A stretch of DNA of 64,000 nt, taken from positions 1,237-65,236 of the forward strand of contig JAKAPS010000001.1 of the NCBI GenBank assembly GCA_021806925.1. The letters are read 5' to 3'. Origin of the DNA: a bacterium. GTDB taxonomy: Bacteria > Patescibacteriota > Dojkabacteria > JAKAPS01. Below are positions 52,883 to 62,695 of this stretch, piece after piece. The notes under the pieces are model-generated. The model was given only the letters and a program-made list of their open reading frames with translations. It had not been told where the DNA came from and searched no databases. Each line of letters starts with the position of its first letter. Position 1 is the first letter of the stretch. A program made the position numbers and the translations under genes.

Positions 52883-54457
52883 ATGAAACAGCATGTTGTT
52901 CCACAGAATATTATGAGTGTGGAATTTAAAATCATTGGGGATTTGACTATTCATCAGTTTGTATATATTGCAATCGCTGGTGGTATATGTTTTGTTCTTT
53001 ATGTTGCCTATCTGCCAGGAATAATAAAATGGATGTTAATTATCATTGTAGGATTCATAGGAATACTTGTTGCATTAGCGAAGGTTAACGAAAGACCATT
53101 TGATGTTTGGATAAGCAATTTTATAGTTGCTATTCTATTACCTACAGAACGTGTATGGAAGAAGGAATATACTATCCCAGATTTTCTAGTATCACAAAAA
53201 AAACTCGATTCATTGAAGCCAATTAAAATTGATCAAAGGAATTCATACAAAAAACTTAATAATTATCTCCATTCAATCAACATGCAAACTGATGCAATTA
53301 GTAGATACAATACTAAAATGGATATTGAAGAGATAAAATTTCTTAACTCTATAAAAGATACAATTGACGGATTAAATAAAAAAGAAACTATTGCTGAAAA
53401 AAACAATTCAGCAATACTACCTATCAGTGCAAATATATATACAAATCCTGCTGGTGCTAAAATAAATGATAGCAATGTGCTGAGTAATAATCCAATCAAT
53501 GATACGAATACAGAATCTAGCAATGAAGAGAAAATAAAAAATATTGTACCAACGGAATCGGCATCTACATTACAAGAGGAATCTAACGAAAATGATACTA
53601 CAAACAATATAGCGTTAGATGAAGACAAGCATAATGCTGTTGGAATAGATAAACATGATATTAATTCTGTTGGTTCAGACAATTTTGATATTAATGCTGT
53701 TGGTTCATACAATATTGATATTAAAGACATTATTACTAATTTAACACAGAAAGATGATACAAATTCAGATAGAAATAACATAGCAGTGGATAATTCTATT
53801 GGAGATGATTCTAATAAATTAGCAGATTTACCTCCAATAGATATTAATACCTTGCTGACTGAAAGAAAGGATTATGATACCAAAAGCGATAAAAATGATA
53901 GGTTATTAAAAGTTGAAGAAGAAAAGATTGAGAATTTAGAGATTGAAAATAAGATTCTTAAAGAGGAAATTGAAAATATAAAGAAAACAATTGGTAATAA
54001 GACAGAAAGTATAGCTAAACAAAATGAACAAGTCCAACCTAGTAAACAAGAGGATACTGATATAAAGACTCTAGATAAAGTAAATACACCTGAGAATGAA
54101 GGTGAAAGTTTAGTTGCATCAAGTGAAGAGCTAAATAAAGCAATAGGATATATGCCTGATTATACAAAGCTACCTAATATAATTTATGGAGTTGTTCTTG
54201 ATACACAACTGAAGCCAATTACAGATGTTGTAGTAATAATAAAAAATAATAAAAACGGTAATATAATTAGAGCATTAAAAACAAACTTTCTTGGACAATT
54301 TTATTCACGTACACCTTTGCAAAATGGAGAATATATAATTGAAGCAAACAAGGAAGGAATTGTTTTTATTCCTACAAGTATTATAATTGATTCAGATAGA
54401 ATAAAACCTATCATTATAAAACCACAATCAGTGAATGAAGATATTAAATTAATATAA
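52883..54457 (+). CDS. PrgI-family membrane protein with long linker and C-terminal carboxypeptidase-regulatory-like beta domain
   Basis: QHVVPQNI..VEFKIIGDLT..QF, two TMs, RPFD.W, P.ERVWKK; C-terminal PNIIYGVV...RALKTNFLGQF...NGEY. Confidence 0.8.
   Translation: MKQHVVPQNIMSVEFKIIGDLTIHQFVYIAIAGGICFVLYVAYLPGIIKWMLIIIVGFIGILVALAKVNERPFDVWISNFIVAILLPTERVWKKEYTIPDFLVSQKKLDSLKPIKIDQRNSYKKLNNYLHSINMQTDAISRYNTKMDIEEIKFLNSIKDTIDGLNKKETIAEKNNSAILPISANIYTNPAGAKINDSNVLSNNPINDTNTESSNEEKIKNIVPTESASTLQEESNENDTTNNIALDEDKHNAVGIDKHDINSVGSDNFDINAVGSYNIDIKDIITNLTQKDDTNSDRNNIAVDNSIGDDSNKLADLPPIDINTLLTERKDYDTKSDKNDRLLKVEEEKIENLEIENKILKEEIENIKKTIGNKTESIAKQNEQVQPSKQEDTDIKTLDKVNTPENEGESLVASSEELNKAIGYMPDYTKLPNIIYGVVLDTQLKPITDVVVIIKNNKNGNIIRALKTNFLGQFYSRTPLQNGEYIIEANKEGIVFIPTSIIIDSDRIKPIIIKPQSVNEDIKLI
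53633..53722 (+). repeat. Coding 30-bp tandem repeat, three copies
   Basis: NAVGIDKHDI / NSVGSDNFDI / NAVGSYNIDI. Confidence 0.7.
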
Positions 54458-54485
54458 AATTATAGAGAAAAAAATAAATTAAAAT

Positions 54486-55190
54486 ATGAAGAACCAAACA
54501 CATGCTTCAACACAAAGTCATCTTGATATAGAGGATATAAGGGATGATTTAGTTATTTTGAAAAATGGGAAAGTTGATCTTGTGCTTGAAACTACAGCAA
54601 TCAATTTCTCTCTTCTTTCAGAGATGGAACAGGATGCAAGAATAAATGGATTTGCTGGATTACTCAATTCATTGAATTTCCCATTACAAGTGTTTATACA
54701 CACTGAAAGTGTTGACATAACAAAGTACATTGCGAAAATTAAAGAATATAAGAAAAATGCAAAAAATGAAAAAATTGCATTACAAATTGATTATTATCTT
54801 GATTTTATTAAAGGATTAATTGAGAAAAATGAGGTGTTAGATAAAAGGTTTTTCTTAATAATTCCCTATTATCCAGAAACTTTAAAGAAAACAAACCCGA
54901 TAAAAACAGCCATGGGTAAAGAAGAGAGAATATTAAATATTGATGGATTGATTGAGAAAGCAAAAATTGAATTAATACAAAGGAAGGATACATTAATCAA
55001 ATTATTGCTTAGAATGGGGTTAAGAACAAAGCAACTAACAACCGAAGACCTTATAAATCTTTTCTATAAGCTATATAACAGTGACTCAATATCACTTAAT
55101 ACAATAAAATCACCAAAGGAGGATTTTCTTGCACCAATAGTATCTTCAGAGGTTGACTTTATATCTACAAATCCAAATGAAATAAATTAA
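54486..55190 (+). CDS. TraC/VirB4 N-terminal-like accessory protein
   Basis: STQSHLDIEDIRDDLVILK, INFSLLSEMEQ, LNSLNFPLQ, FFLIIPY, LFYKLYN. Confidence 0.7.
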   Translation: MKNQTHASTQSHLDIEDIRDDLVILKNGKVDLVLETTAINFSLLSEMEQDARINGFAGLLNSLNFPLQVFIHTESVDITKYIAKIKEYKKNAKNEKIALQIDYYLDFIKGLIEKNEVLDKRFFLIIPYYPETLKKTNPIKTAMGKEERILNIDGLIEKAKIELIQRKDTLIKLLLRMGLRTKQLTTEDLINLFYKLYNSDSISLNTIKSPKEDFLAPIVSSEVDFISTNPNEIN

Positions 55191-55193
55191 AAT

Positions 55194-57188
55194 ATGAGCC
55201 AAGATGATACTAAAAACATTACATCACCTATAGTTAATAGTCCTGTAAAACCTACAACTAATAATAAAAAAAGTAATAAAGTACCTTTTATTGGAGCTAT
55301 CTCAGACATTATTGACATTGCAAGATTCTTCTTTTTTTCGCAAGGAAAATCAGATAACTCAGAGGTAATGATATCAAAAGAAGTATCTGAATTTAGTGAC
55401 GGAATTGTTACAGTTAGAGATATATTAGCTCCATCTTCTATTGAAGTAGATTTTGACTACATAAAAATTAATCAGAAATATTATAGAACATATTTTGCGG
55501 CGCTATTTCCTAGGTTTGTAAATGCAAATTGGCTTGCTCCATTAATAAACTTTGAAAGAACTATTGATATATCGATGTACTACTTTACTGTAGATTCAAG
55601 AGAAGTTATGCTCAAATTAAGGAGAAAAATTGCTGAAATGGAAGCAACATTGAATACACTTAATGAGCAAGGGAAAGTTCTTGATCCTAATGTAAAAGTT
55701 GCCTTAGAGGACGCAAACCTATTACAGGAGCAACTTGCGAAAGGTGAAGAGAAATTTTTTCACTTCTCTGTTTATATAACAATTCAAACTGACACTGAAG
55801 ATGAATTAAATAAATTTGGGAAGGAACTTGAAACTGTATTAAGTGCAAGCGGATTAATTATAAAATCTGCATACTTACAACAAGAATTTGCATTTCAATC
55901 AGTAATCCCTACAAATAATGATAAACTTATGGTTGTCAGAAATATGGATACTACATCAATAGCAACCACATTTCCTTTTATTTCATCAGATCTTTCCTCT
56001 GATTCAGGAATTTTATATGGAATAAATAAATATAACAAAGGATTAGTAATTTATGATAGGTTTTCAAATGAAAACTATAATACTGTAATTTTTGCTCGTT
56101 CTGGGGCAGGTAAAAGTTATTTAGCAAAACTTGAGGCACTACGCTCTTTAATGCTTGGTGTTGAGGTCATTATAATAGACCCTGAAAGAGAATATGAAAA
56201 GCTATGTACTGTTGTAGGAGGAAGTTACCTGTCATTTTCCCAGGATGGTGCAAGTAAAATAAATCCGTTTGACCTATCAGGAATATATGATACAGATGAA
56301 GATGAACTGAGATTTAAAATACTATCTCTTCATGGACTATTCCGTATCATTCTCGGGAATGGTAATAATGAGCAGTTAACTGCTATTGAAAGTGCTGTAC
56401 TAGATAAAGCAATAATAAACACGTATAGAGAAAAAGGAATTACAACTGATCCATTAACACAGAAGAAGGAGCCCCCTGTTCTTCAAGACTTATATAAGGT
56501 TCTTCTATCTATGGAAGAAAATGAATCTCAATCCCTTGCGAAAAGACTTGAGAAATTTATTACAGGTAGTGCTTCAGGTATTTTTGATAAAAAAACAAAT
56601 ATAGAAATAAACAATGAGTTCACAGTATTCTCAATTAGAGACCTTTCTGAAGAATTAAGACCTGCAGCAATGTATCTTATGCTTGATTACATTTGGACAA
56701 AAGTAAAAAAGAAAAAAAAGAAAAGGATACTTATGATTGATGAAGCATGGATATTGATGAAATATCCAGATAGCGCCCAATTTATAAATGGATTAGCCAA
56801 GAGGGCAAGAAAGTACTACCTTGGAGTAACAACCATAACTCAAGATGTAGAAGATTTCTTTGCTACAGATTATGGAAAGGCTGTTGTTAATAACGCTGCA
56901 ATGCAGATACTTCTAAAACAAAGCCCAAGTGCAATAAACAATATTCAAAAAGTATTCTTTCTTTCTGATGGTGAAAAAGATCTACTACTCAATTCAGCTC
57001 CAGGTGAGGGTTTGTTTTTTGCAGGAGCAAATCATGTTGCAATAACTATTAAGGCTAGTGAATATGAGCACAACTTAATAACAAGCAACCCACAGGATAT
57101 AATAAATCAAGAAAAAGAAGCTTTGAAAAATGAATATAAGAATTCGCAACAGCTGAATAATGGAACAATATCAAGAAGAGCAAACTAA
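55194..57188 (+). CDS. VirB4/TraE-like secretion ATPase
   Basis: FPF, NYNTVIFARSGAGKS, IIDPEREY, INPFD, IDEAW, KRARKY, TQDVEDF, GEGLF. Confidence 0.9.
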   Translation: MSQDDTKNITSPIVNSPVKPTTNNKKSNKVPFIGAISDIIDIARFFFFSQGKSDNSEVMISKEVSEFSDGIVTVRDILAPSSIEVDFDYIKINQKYYRTYFAALFPRFVNANWLAPLINFERTIDISMYYFTVDSREVMLKLRRKIAEMEATLNTLNEQGKVLDPNVKVALEDANLLQEQLAKGEEKFFHFSVYITIQTDTEDELNKFGKELETVLSASGLIIKSAYLQQEFAFQSVIPTNNDKLMVVRNMDTTSIATTFPFISSDLSSDSGILYGINKYNKGLVIYDRFSNENYNTVIFARSGAGKSYLAKLEALRSLMLGVEVIIIDPEREYEKLCTVVGGSYLSFSQDGASKINPFDLSGIYDTDEDELRFKILSLHGLFRIILGNGNNEQLTAIESAVLDKAIINTYREKGITTDPLTQKKEPPVLQDLYKVLLSMEENESQSLAKRLEKFITGSASGIFDKKTNIEINNEFTVFSIRDLSEELRPAAMYLMLDYIWTKVKKKKKKRILMIDEAWILMKYPDSAQFINGLAKRARKYYLGVTTITQDVEDFFATDYGKAVVNNAAMQILLKQSPSAINNIQKVFFLSDGEKDLLLNSAPGEGLFFAGANHVAITIKASEYEHNLITSNPQDIINQEKEALKNEYKNSQQLNNGTISRRAN

Positions 57189-57416
57189 TATATATTCAAT
57201 TCTAAATTACTCTTTACAATGGATTTATTGATTCTGTCAAGCAATTAACTATTAATTCCATGAATAATAGATTCAGTACAAGCTTTTTATTCAAAAAAAG
57301 TAATCCTAGAAAAATATAATTAAAATTATCCTTATATACCCTGGTAAAATGAAATAGATTGCAAAAATAAATTTATTAATATAAACTTCCGCTAGAACAA
57401 AATAGAAAGGAAAAAA

Positions 57417-57698
57417 ATGAAAAATATATTTTTCCTTTCCCCAATAGTAGTGTATGCATCTGTATACACAATTCCCCAGCTGCAAAGTACTGTGAACAAC
57501 ATTACAGATACACTTTCATGGATTATTGGAAGTTGTATCGTGTTATTGATAACAAATTTTGGAATTCAATTTATTCTATCATCTGATAATCCGCAAGAAA
57601 GGGCTAAACTAAAGACTAAAATTGTTTGGTCAATAATCGGCCTATTCATAGTTATTTTTGCAAAAGATATATCTATATGGATACAAAATATTATATAA
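57417..57698 (+). CDS. TrbC/VirB2-like pilin
   Basis: Short leader (VYA), two TMs around GIQFILSSDNPQERAKLK, WSIIGLFIV; GAAAGGA RBS. Confidence 0.75.
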   Translation: MKNIFFLSPIVVYASVYTIPQLQSTVNNITDTLSWIIGSCIVLLITNFGIQFILSSDNPQERAKLKTKIVWSIIGLFIVIFAKDISIWIQNII

Positions 57699-58756
57699 CA
57701 ACACAATTAAAGCAATTTGGAATTCTTATAAAGCTTATAGAAATAATAATTGTAATAATTATAACTACTGTTTACTACAACAATTCAAATATATTAAAGA
57801 ATAACTCATCAATAGCTTCTACACATATAAATAAGGCGACTAGTGCCACGTTAGTGGGTACTGGTCGTATTGGATCTGGAGCAATTTCAAGCACATGCTA
57901 TACAAGTTACTCAATTAATGTCTTAAGTGATGCTCTGGAGTTTTTAACATGTCAATTTAACAATATATTTGGAGAGTATGTGTTTTCCACTGAGAATTTA
58001 TTTAATAATAGTGAATTCACTATATTTGAATCAAATATACAGAATATGGCTCTATATTTAATTCCACTTGCAATAATTATTGTTACCTCAATTGAATTGC
58101 TAAAATATGTTGAAGGAAAAGGAGATAGCATTGTAAGCATCCTTTACGAATTTATATTAAATGTAATTTTAATAATAATCTTACCTAAAATATTTTCTTT
58201 GCTTATAGATTTCACAAATTCAATATCAAATTACTTCTCAAGTATTTCATTTAACAAAAGCACATCACTTGCTTCAAGTATTAATTCTGTATTTTTCGAG
58301 CAGAATTCATCAATACCAGGAATTGCACTTGATATACTTTGGATTTTCTTATTCTCTGCCATATTATTCATAACTGTATTCTTTCTATTCAGATTCATAT
58401 TTATATACTTGTCATATTCAGTTATCCTACTATTAATACCTTTTATAAATATAAAAATTGTTAAGAATTTGTTACTTTCAATTAGCGAAAAAACTATTCA
58501 ATTTATTCTAATTCAACCGATATTTATATTAAGCGTTAACTTCTTCCTGTTTATAGTAAAAACAAGCTCACTAAATGTTAACAGTATAATATTTACTTTA
58601 GCCCTTGTTTTATCTCTGTCATTTATACCAGTATATTTTACAGGATTAACAGTTTCAAGGTTCTCAAGCATATCAAATTCTAAAATTAGAGGTGCAGTAA
58701 GAGGCAGTATTGTTAGATTGGATATGATTGCTAACGATATAATTAAATCTCTATGA
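57677..58756 (+). CDS. VirB6/TrbL-like polytopic membrane protein
   Basis: Multiple TMs, LLIDFTNSIS, FLFRF, ILIQP; sits between the pilin and VirB3/VirB4-like genes. Confidence 0.55.
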   Translation: MDTKYYITTQLKQFGILIKLIEIIIVIIITTVYYNNSNILKNNSSIASTHINKATSATLVGTGRIGSGAISSTCYTSYSINVLSDALEFLTCQFNNIFGEYVFSTENLFNNSEFTIFESNIQNMALYLIPLAIIIVTSIELLKYVEGKGDSIVSILYEFILNVILIIILPKIFSLLIDFTNSISNYFSSISFNKSTSLASSINSVFFEQNSSIPGIALDILWIFLFSAILFITVFFLFRFIFIYLSYSVILLLIPFINIKIVKNLLLSISEKTIQFILIQPIFILSVNFFLFIVKTSSLNVNSIIFTLALVLSLSFIPVYFTGLTVSRFSSISNSKIRGAVRGSIVRLDMIANDIIKSL

Positions 58757-58968
58757 ATTATAGAATTCAAATTCTTATTGCAATAATTATTTTAGGATTA
58801 CTTGCACAAGATATTTTTATTAGGATTTTAGTATTAATATCATGCATGTTTTATTTAACAACTGTTATTCGTTATAGAGCCAAATTACTTATATCCTATA
58901 TACCAGTCATTCTTATGTTTTTATTTAGAAGAAAAATATATGTTAAAAAATATAGAAGAGATATTTAA
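58753..58968 (+). CDS. Small membrane protein, PrgI/VirB3-like by position
   Basis: Hydrophobic helices and basic C-terminus; overlaps both neighbours. Confidence 0.45.
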   Translation: MNYRIQILIAIIILGLLAQDIFIRILVLISCMFYLTTVIRYRAKLLISYIPVILMFLFRRKIYVKKYRRDI

Positions 58969-59368
58969 TATAAAACAGATTAATGCAAATGATGTACTTT
59001 TCAAGGATAATTCTCATTGCTATATATATAAAATAAGGAATGTTGAAAACGAGATGCTACTAAAGTTTCTTAAAATGACAACTAAAGAGGCTACAATATA
59101 TTTTTTTAAGGAAAACTATATATTCGACACATACATTGAAAAATTGCTTGATAACAATCTAAATGAAAGGCATCTTGGATTTCTTCTTCAATATATTTCA
59201 TACTTGAATAAGACGAATATACAGGGACTTGAGATCTTTTTACTTGTTAAGCAGGATAATGGTTCAGTCAACTCAATTGATGAATATATATATAAATTGA
59301 GAATAGATATACAGAAGACAGATACAAAAACAACACACGACTTCTTTGTAAAATTGTTATGCAATTAA
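58940..59368 (+). CDS. Shortened paralogue of the TraC-like protein at 54486
   Basis: IKQINANDVLFKD vs IEDIRDDLVILKN; QYISYL vs YYLDFI; same position ahead of a VirB4-like gene. Confidence 0.45.
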   Translation: MLKNIEEIFNIKQINANDVLFKDNSHCYIYKIRNVENEMLLKFLKMTTKEATIYFFKENYIFDTYIEKLLDNNLNERHLGFLLQYISYLNKTNIQGLEIFLLVKQDNGSVNSIDEYIYKLRIDIQKTDTKTTHDFFVKLLCN

Positions 59369-60606
59369 CATATAAAATATATAAAGACATATCATCATTT
59401 TTCAAATTTATAGGAATAGTTAGAAGAGAAAAGAGAACAAGCGTTGAATTATATAAAATTGATACACCTACTTTGATATTAAAAGAATATTTTGACAGGA
59501 TAGTTATAAATTCGCAGAGCTATTATCAATTCTTAATAATTCCACGGGATGAATCTATTGATAATATTATTAATGATTTAATTAATTATTCATTTAAAAA
59601 TATCAAGTTGAACATCACATTGTATAATTCGTCAGAAATTAATAGAAAGATCATAAAAAATATAAATAAAATAAGAGAAGATGTTATTACTGGAAATGAG
59701 GAGCTTGAGGTAGCTAAATTCAACATTGAAGACAAATTTAATCAAGTAAAGGAATATAGAAAAAATGATATTGTATTTTCAGTAAACATTGTATTAACAA
59801 AAAATGAAAAAACTTCATCCTTTGCAAATCTAATAAAATCTAAATATGGTGCAAATTCATACCAAATATATTTTACAAACATACAAAACTTTAGAAAAGT
59901 TATTGAAAGTAATCATAATGACTCACTAACACAATACCCAATTCTTTTAAATAAATCATACTTCTATAAATCAGGAATATATCTTGGTAATAATATTAAA
60001 GTTAATACCCCTATATTTCTAGATATATTCTCAATGCAGAATTACAACATGATTGTATTAGCTCGTTCTGGTGCTGGAAAGACTACTCTTGCAAAAGAAA
60101 TTATTATCAGAGAAATTTTCAACGGTGTGAAAATATTTTGTATTGACCCAGAAAATGAATATACAAAATTGAAAGATATATTTGATGAAAAATTCTTTGA
60201 AATTATTGAAGACGTTTCATACTTCTTAGATAATATAGAAAAGGAATCTAAAGGTAAGACACTTATATTTATTGATGAAGCACATAAGTATTTAGATGAT
60301 AAAAACATATCAAAGAAGATTAGACACGTTATAAAGACTGGAAGGAAATATAACATTGGAGTAGTGTTAATTACCCAAGATGTAATTGATTTTTTACAGA
60401 ATAGAAATACTAAAACTGCAATTCTAAATTCTGGATGTATATTCCTTCTAAAACAACATGAGTATATCGCCACACTCCTTGGAAAGGTTTTTGGACTAAG
60501 TAGCGATGACTTAAATTTTCTTATTCATTCAAATCTTTCTGAGGTCCTTATAAAATCTGACTATACTAACGAGTACATGTCATTTAGTAAACTATTTGAT
60601 GTATAA
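59359..60606 (+). CDS. Second, shortened VirB4-like ATPase
   Basis: NYNMIVLARSGAGKT, CIDPENEY, FIDEAH, GRKY, TQDVIDF, LLKQ. Confidence 0.82.
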   Translation: MQLTYKIYKDISSFFKFIGIVRREKRTSVELYKIDTPTLILKEYFDRIVINSQSYYQFLIIPRDESIDNIINDLINYSFKNIKLNITLYNSSEINRKIIKNINKIREDVITGNEELEVAKFNIEDKFNQVKEYRKNDIVFSVNIVLTKNEKTSSFANLIKSKYGANSYQIYFTNIQNFRKVIESNHNDSLTQYPILLNKSYFYKSGIYLGNNIKVNTPIFLDIFSMQNYNMIVLARSGAGKTTLAKEIIIREIFNGVKIFCIDPENEYTKLKDIFDEKFFEIIEDVSYFLDNIEKESKGKTLIFIDEAHKYLDDKNISKKIRHVIKTGRKYNIGVVLITQDVIDFLQNRNTKTAILNSGCIFLLKQHEYIATLLGKVFGLSSDDLNFLIHSNLSEVLIKSDYTNEYMSFSKLFDV

Positions 60607-60620
60607 TTATTAATGTTATT

Positions 60621-61097
60621 ATGGATTCAATAGAAAACAACAATTCAAAAAATATATCAATTACAGAAACAAATAAAGAAGGAATCTTTAATCTGTATAC
60701 AGATGGTGCTTCAAAAGGTAATCCTGGAAATTCAGGTTGTTTTGCAGTAATCTATGATGAAAGTCAGAAGAATATAATATATAAAGACGGCAAATTGCTT
60801 GGTATAAATACAAACAATTTTGCTGAGTATGAAGGATTAATTACTGGGTTAGAATTAGCTTTGAAACATAGTATAAGGAAACTTCATATTTTTATGGATA
60901 GTCAACTAGTTGTCAAGCAAATACAAGGGAAATATAAAATTAAAGACATAAAATTGAAAATGAAGTATAATACAGTTGTAAACATTCTGAAGCAATTTGA
61001 CTTTTGGGATATAACGGATGTACCAAGAGCAATGAACAAAGAAGCAGATAAGAATGTAAATATATTAATAAAAAATGGATATAATACTATTAAGTGA
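60621..61097 (+). CDS. rnhA: Ribonuclease HI family protein
   Basis: YTDGASKGNPG, TNNFAEYEGL, DSQLVVKQ, VPRAMNKEAD. Confidence 0.9.
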   Translation: MDSIENNNSKNISITETNKEGIFNLYTDGASKGNPGNSGCFAVIYDESQKNIIYKDGKLLGINTNNFAEYEGLITGLELALKHSIRKLHIFMDSQLVVKQIQGKYKIKDIKLKMKYNTVVNILKQFDFWDITDVPRAMNKEADKNVNILIKNGYNTIK

Positions 61098-61731
61098 TTA
61101 TTTGCGAGTAATAAAAAAGAATATAGCTCTTTTTATTCTACTAACTTTAATTGGAGTTGTAATTGGATATGCTCTTCCAAAGATTATTCCTGTTACATAC
61201 ACATCATCTCTTGATTTTTATGTTAGACATAAGACTCAAACTTCACCGCTTTTTTATACATATGATGGATATTATTCAACTCAATCAAGTGTTGATTTTA
61301 CCCAAACTGTAGCTGGATTTTTAGAATCTCTTTCAACAGTTGCAAATGCATCTCAGTTAGTAATAGCAGACCCATCATTAAAGCAATTGAATGTTAACAC
61401 ATCTAATTACGCAAATGCTGATTATTTACAAAAATTTCAAAAGAATATTTCTGTTAAAATAACTGCACCTCAGATAGTACATCTTTCAATTACTGACCCA
61501 AACAAGCAGGTATCTATAGTATGGACAAATGCCATAGAAAATGAATTATTACAAAATCTAAAGATATTAAATGAACAAGGTGATAGTAACTTCTCTGTAG
61601 ATGCTATATCCTCACCAATAACGACAGAGAATATAATTAATAAATATATATTAATGGCAGTTGGAGGATTGCTAGGTATATTCTTATCTTTCATTATTGG
61701 ATTTGCTAGAGATGATAAGAAAAACCACTAA
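61075..61731 (+). CDS. Wzz/CpsC-like polysaccharide chain-length determinant
   Basis: DYLRVIKK, TM, P.TYTSS, extracellular domain, C-terminal TM with GGLLGIFL. Confidence 0.7.
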   Translation: MDIILLSDYLRVIKKNIALFILLTLIGVVIGYALPKIIPVTYTSSLDFYVRHKTQTSPLFYTYDGYYSTQSSVDFTQTVAGFLESLSTVANASQLVIADPSLKQLNVNTSNYANADYLQKFQKNISVKITAPQIVHLSITDPNKQVSIVWTNAIENELLQNLKILNEQGDSNFSVDAISSPITTENIINKYILMAVGGLLGIFLSFIIGFARDDKKNH

Positions 61732-61740
61732 TCTTCTCTA

Positions 61741-62619
61741 TTGATTGTATACATTCATATGATATATAACTATTACGGTAGTAATAAATTCAAAATAAAT
61801 GTTGAAACTGGAAAATTAAAGAAAGATAAAACAGTAAGATATTTTTCATCTGATTATTCTGACTACTATACATTTCTTCTGTCTAATTCTCTATTTGAAG
61901 ATGATGATTCAAGTGAAAAACTTGCAGTTATATATTCTGATGATTTTGTAGAAGATGAATTATCCCTAAATAATATTGTCAAATCTAGGAATTCTCATAT
62001 TTTAATCGTTTCAGAAAAGAAAATTAATATAAAATCAATTAAGAAAAGTAAATCTGATATTATATATATGAAGTGTGAGCCATATACAAAGGAAGAATTT
62101 TCATCACTTGCTAATTCTATATTAAGAATAAAGAAGAAGGATATAAAGCAATCAGATTTAAAAAAAATAATTGATGAATGTGATTTAGATGGATTTAAAT
62201 TATATAACTCAATAGTCCTTTATATAGCATCTGAAAATACCGTTCTTCCTTCATACAAGCATCCAACATATATATGGAATTTCATAAACGGCTTCACAAG
62301 TAGAAATAAAAACTTATATAAAACAGAATTAAAAACACTTATAGAAAAGAATGGAGAAGATTTTTTCTACATAAGTACAATGCTTGTATGGGCAATAAGG
62401 CTATTGATATTATTAAAGTCAAATCATGGAAATACATCAATAATATCAAAATCATTTGGTGTCAGCCCATATGCTTTAAGCAACCTACAAAGGAACATTA
62501 ATTCTTACTCATTAGATGAACTTATACTATTTCTAAACAAAATAAATACTATTGAATACAAAATCAAGACTGGAGTTATAAGAGAGGAAACTGCACTATG
62601 TTTATTGAAAATACTTTGA
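61741..62619 (+). CDS. holA: DNA polymerase III delta subunit (divergent)
   Basis: YIWNFI, MLVWAIRLL, GVSPYAL, IEYKIKTG; N-terminal YYG. Confidence 0.75.
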   Translation: MIVYIHMIYNYYGSNKFKINVETGKLKKDKTVRYFSSDYSDYYTFLLSNSLFEDDDSSEKLAVIYSDDFVEDELSLNNIVKSRNSHILIVSEKKINIKSIKKSKSDIIYMKCEPYTKEEFSSLANSILRIKKKDIKQSDLKKIIDECDLDGFKLYNSIVLYIASENTVLPSYKHPTYIWNFINGFTSRNKNLYKTELKTLIEKNGEDFFYISTMLVWAIRLLILLKSNHGNTSIISKSFGVSPYALSNLQRNINSYSLDELILFLNKINTIEYKIKTGVIREETALCLLKIL

Positions 62620-62695
62620 AAATACCTGTTGGAATTGAATTTGCCACTATATATATTCCATATAAAAAAGATTTTTAAACATCTTTTAAGTATCC

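Noticed and set aside
52883-60606. Complete conjugative element (ICE)
   Set aside because: No relaxase, VirD4, integrase or att repeats are visible, and the cluster is continuous with housekeeping genes.
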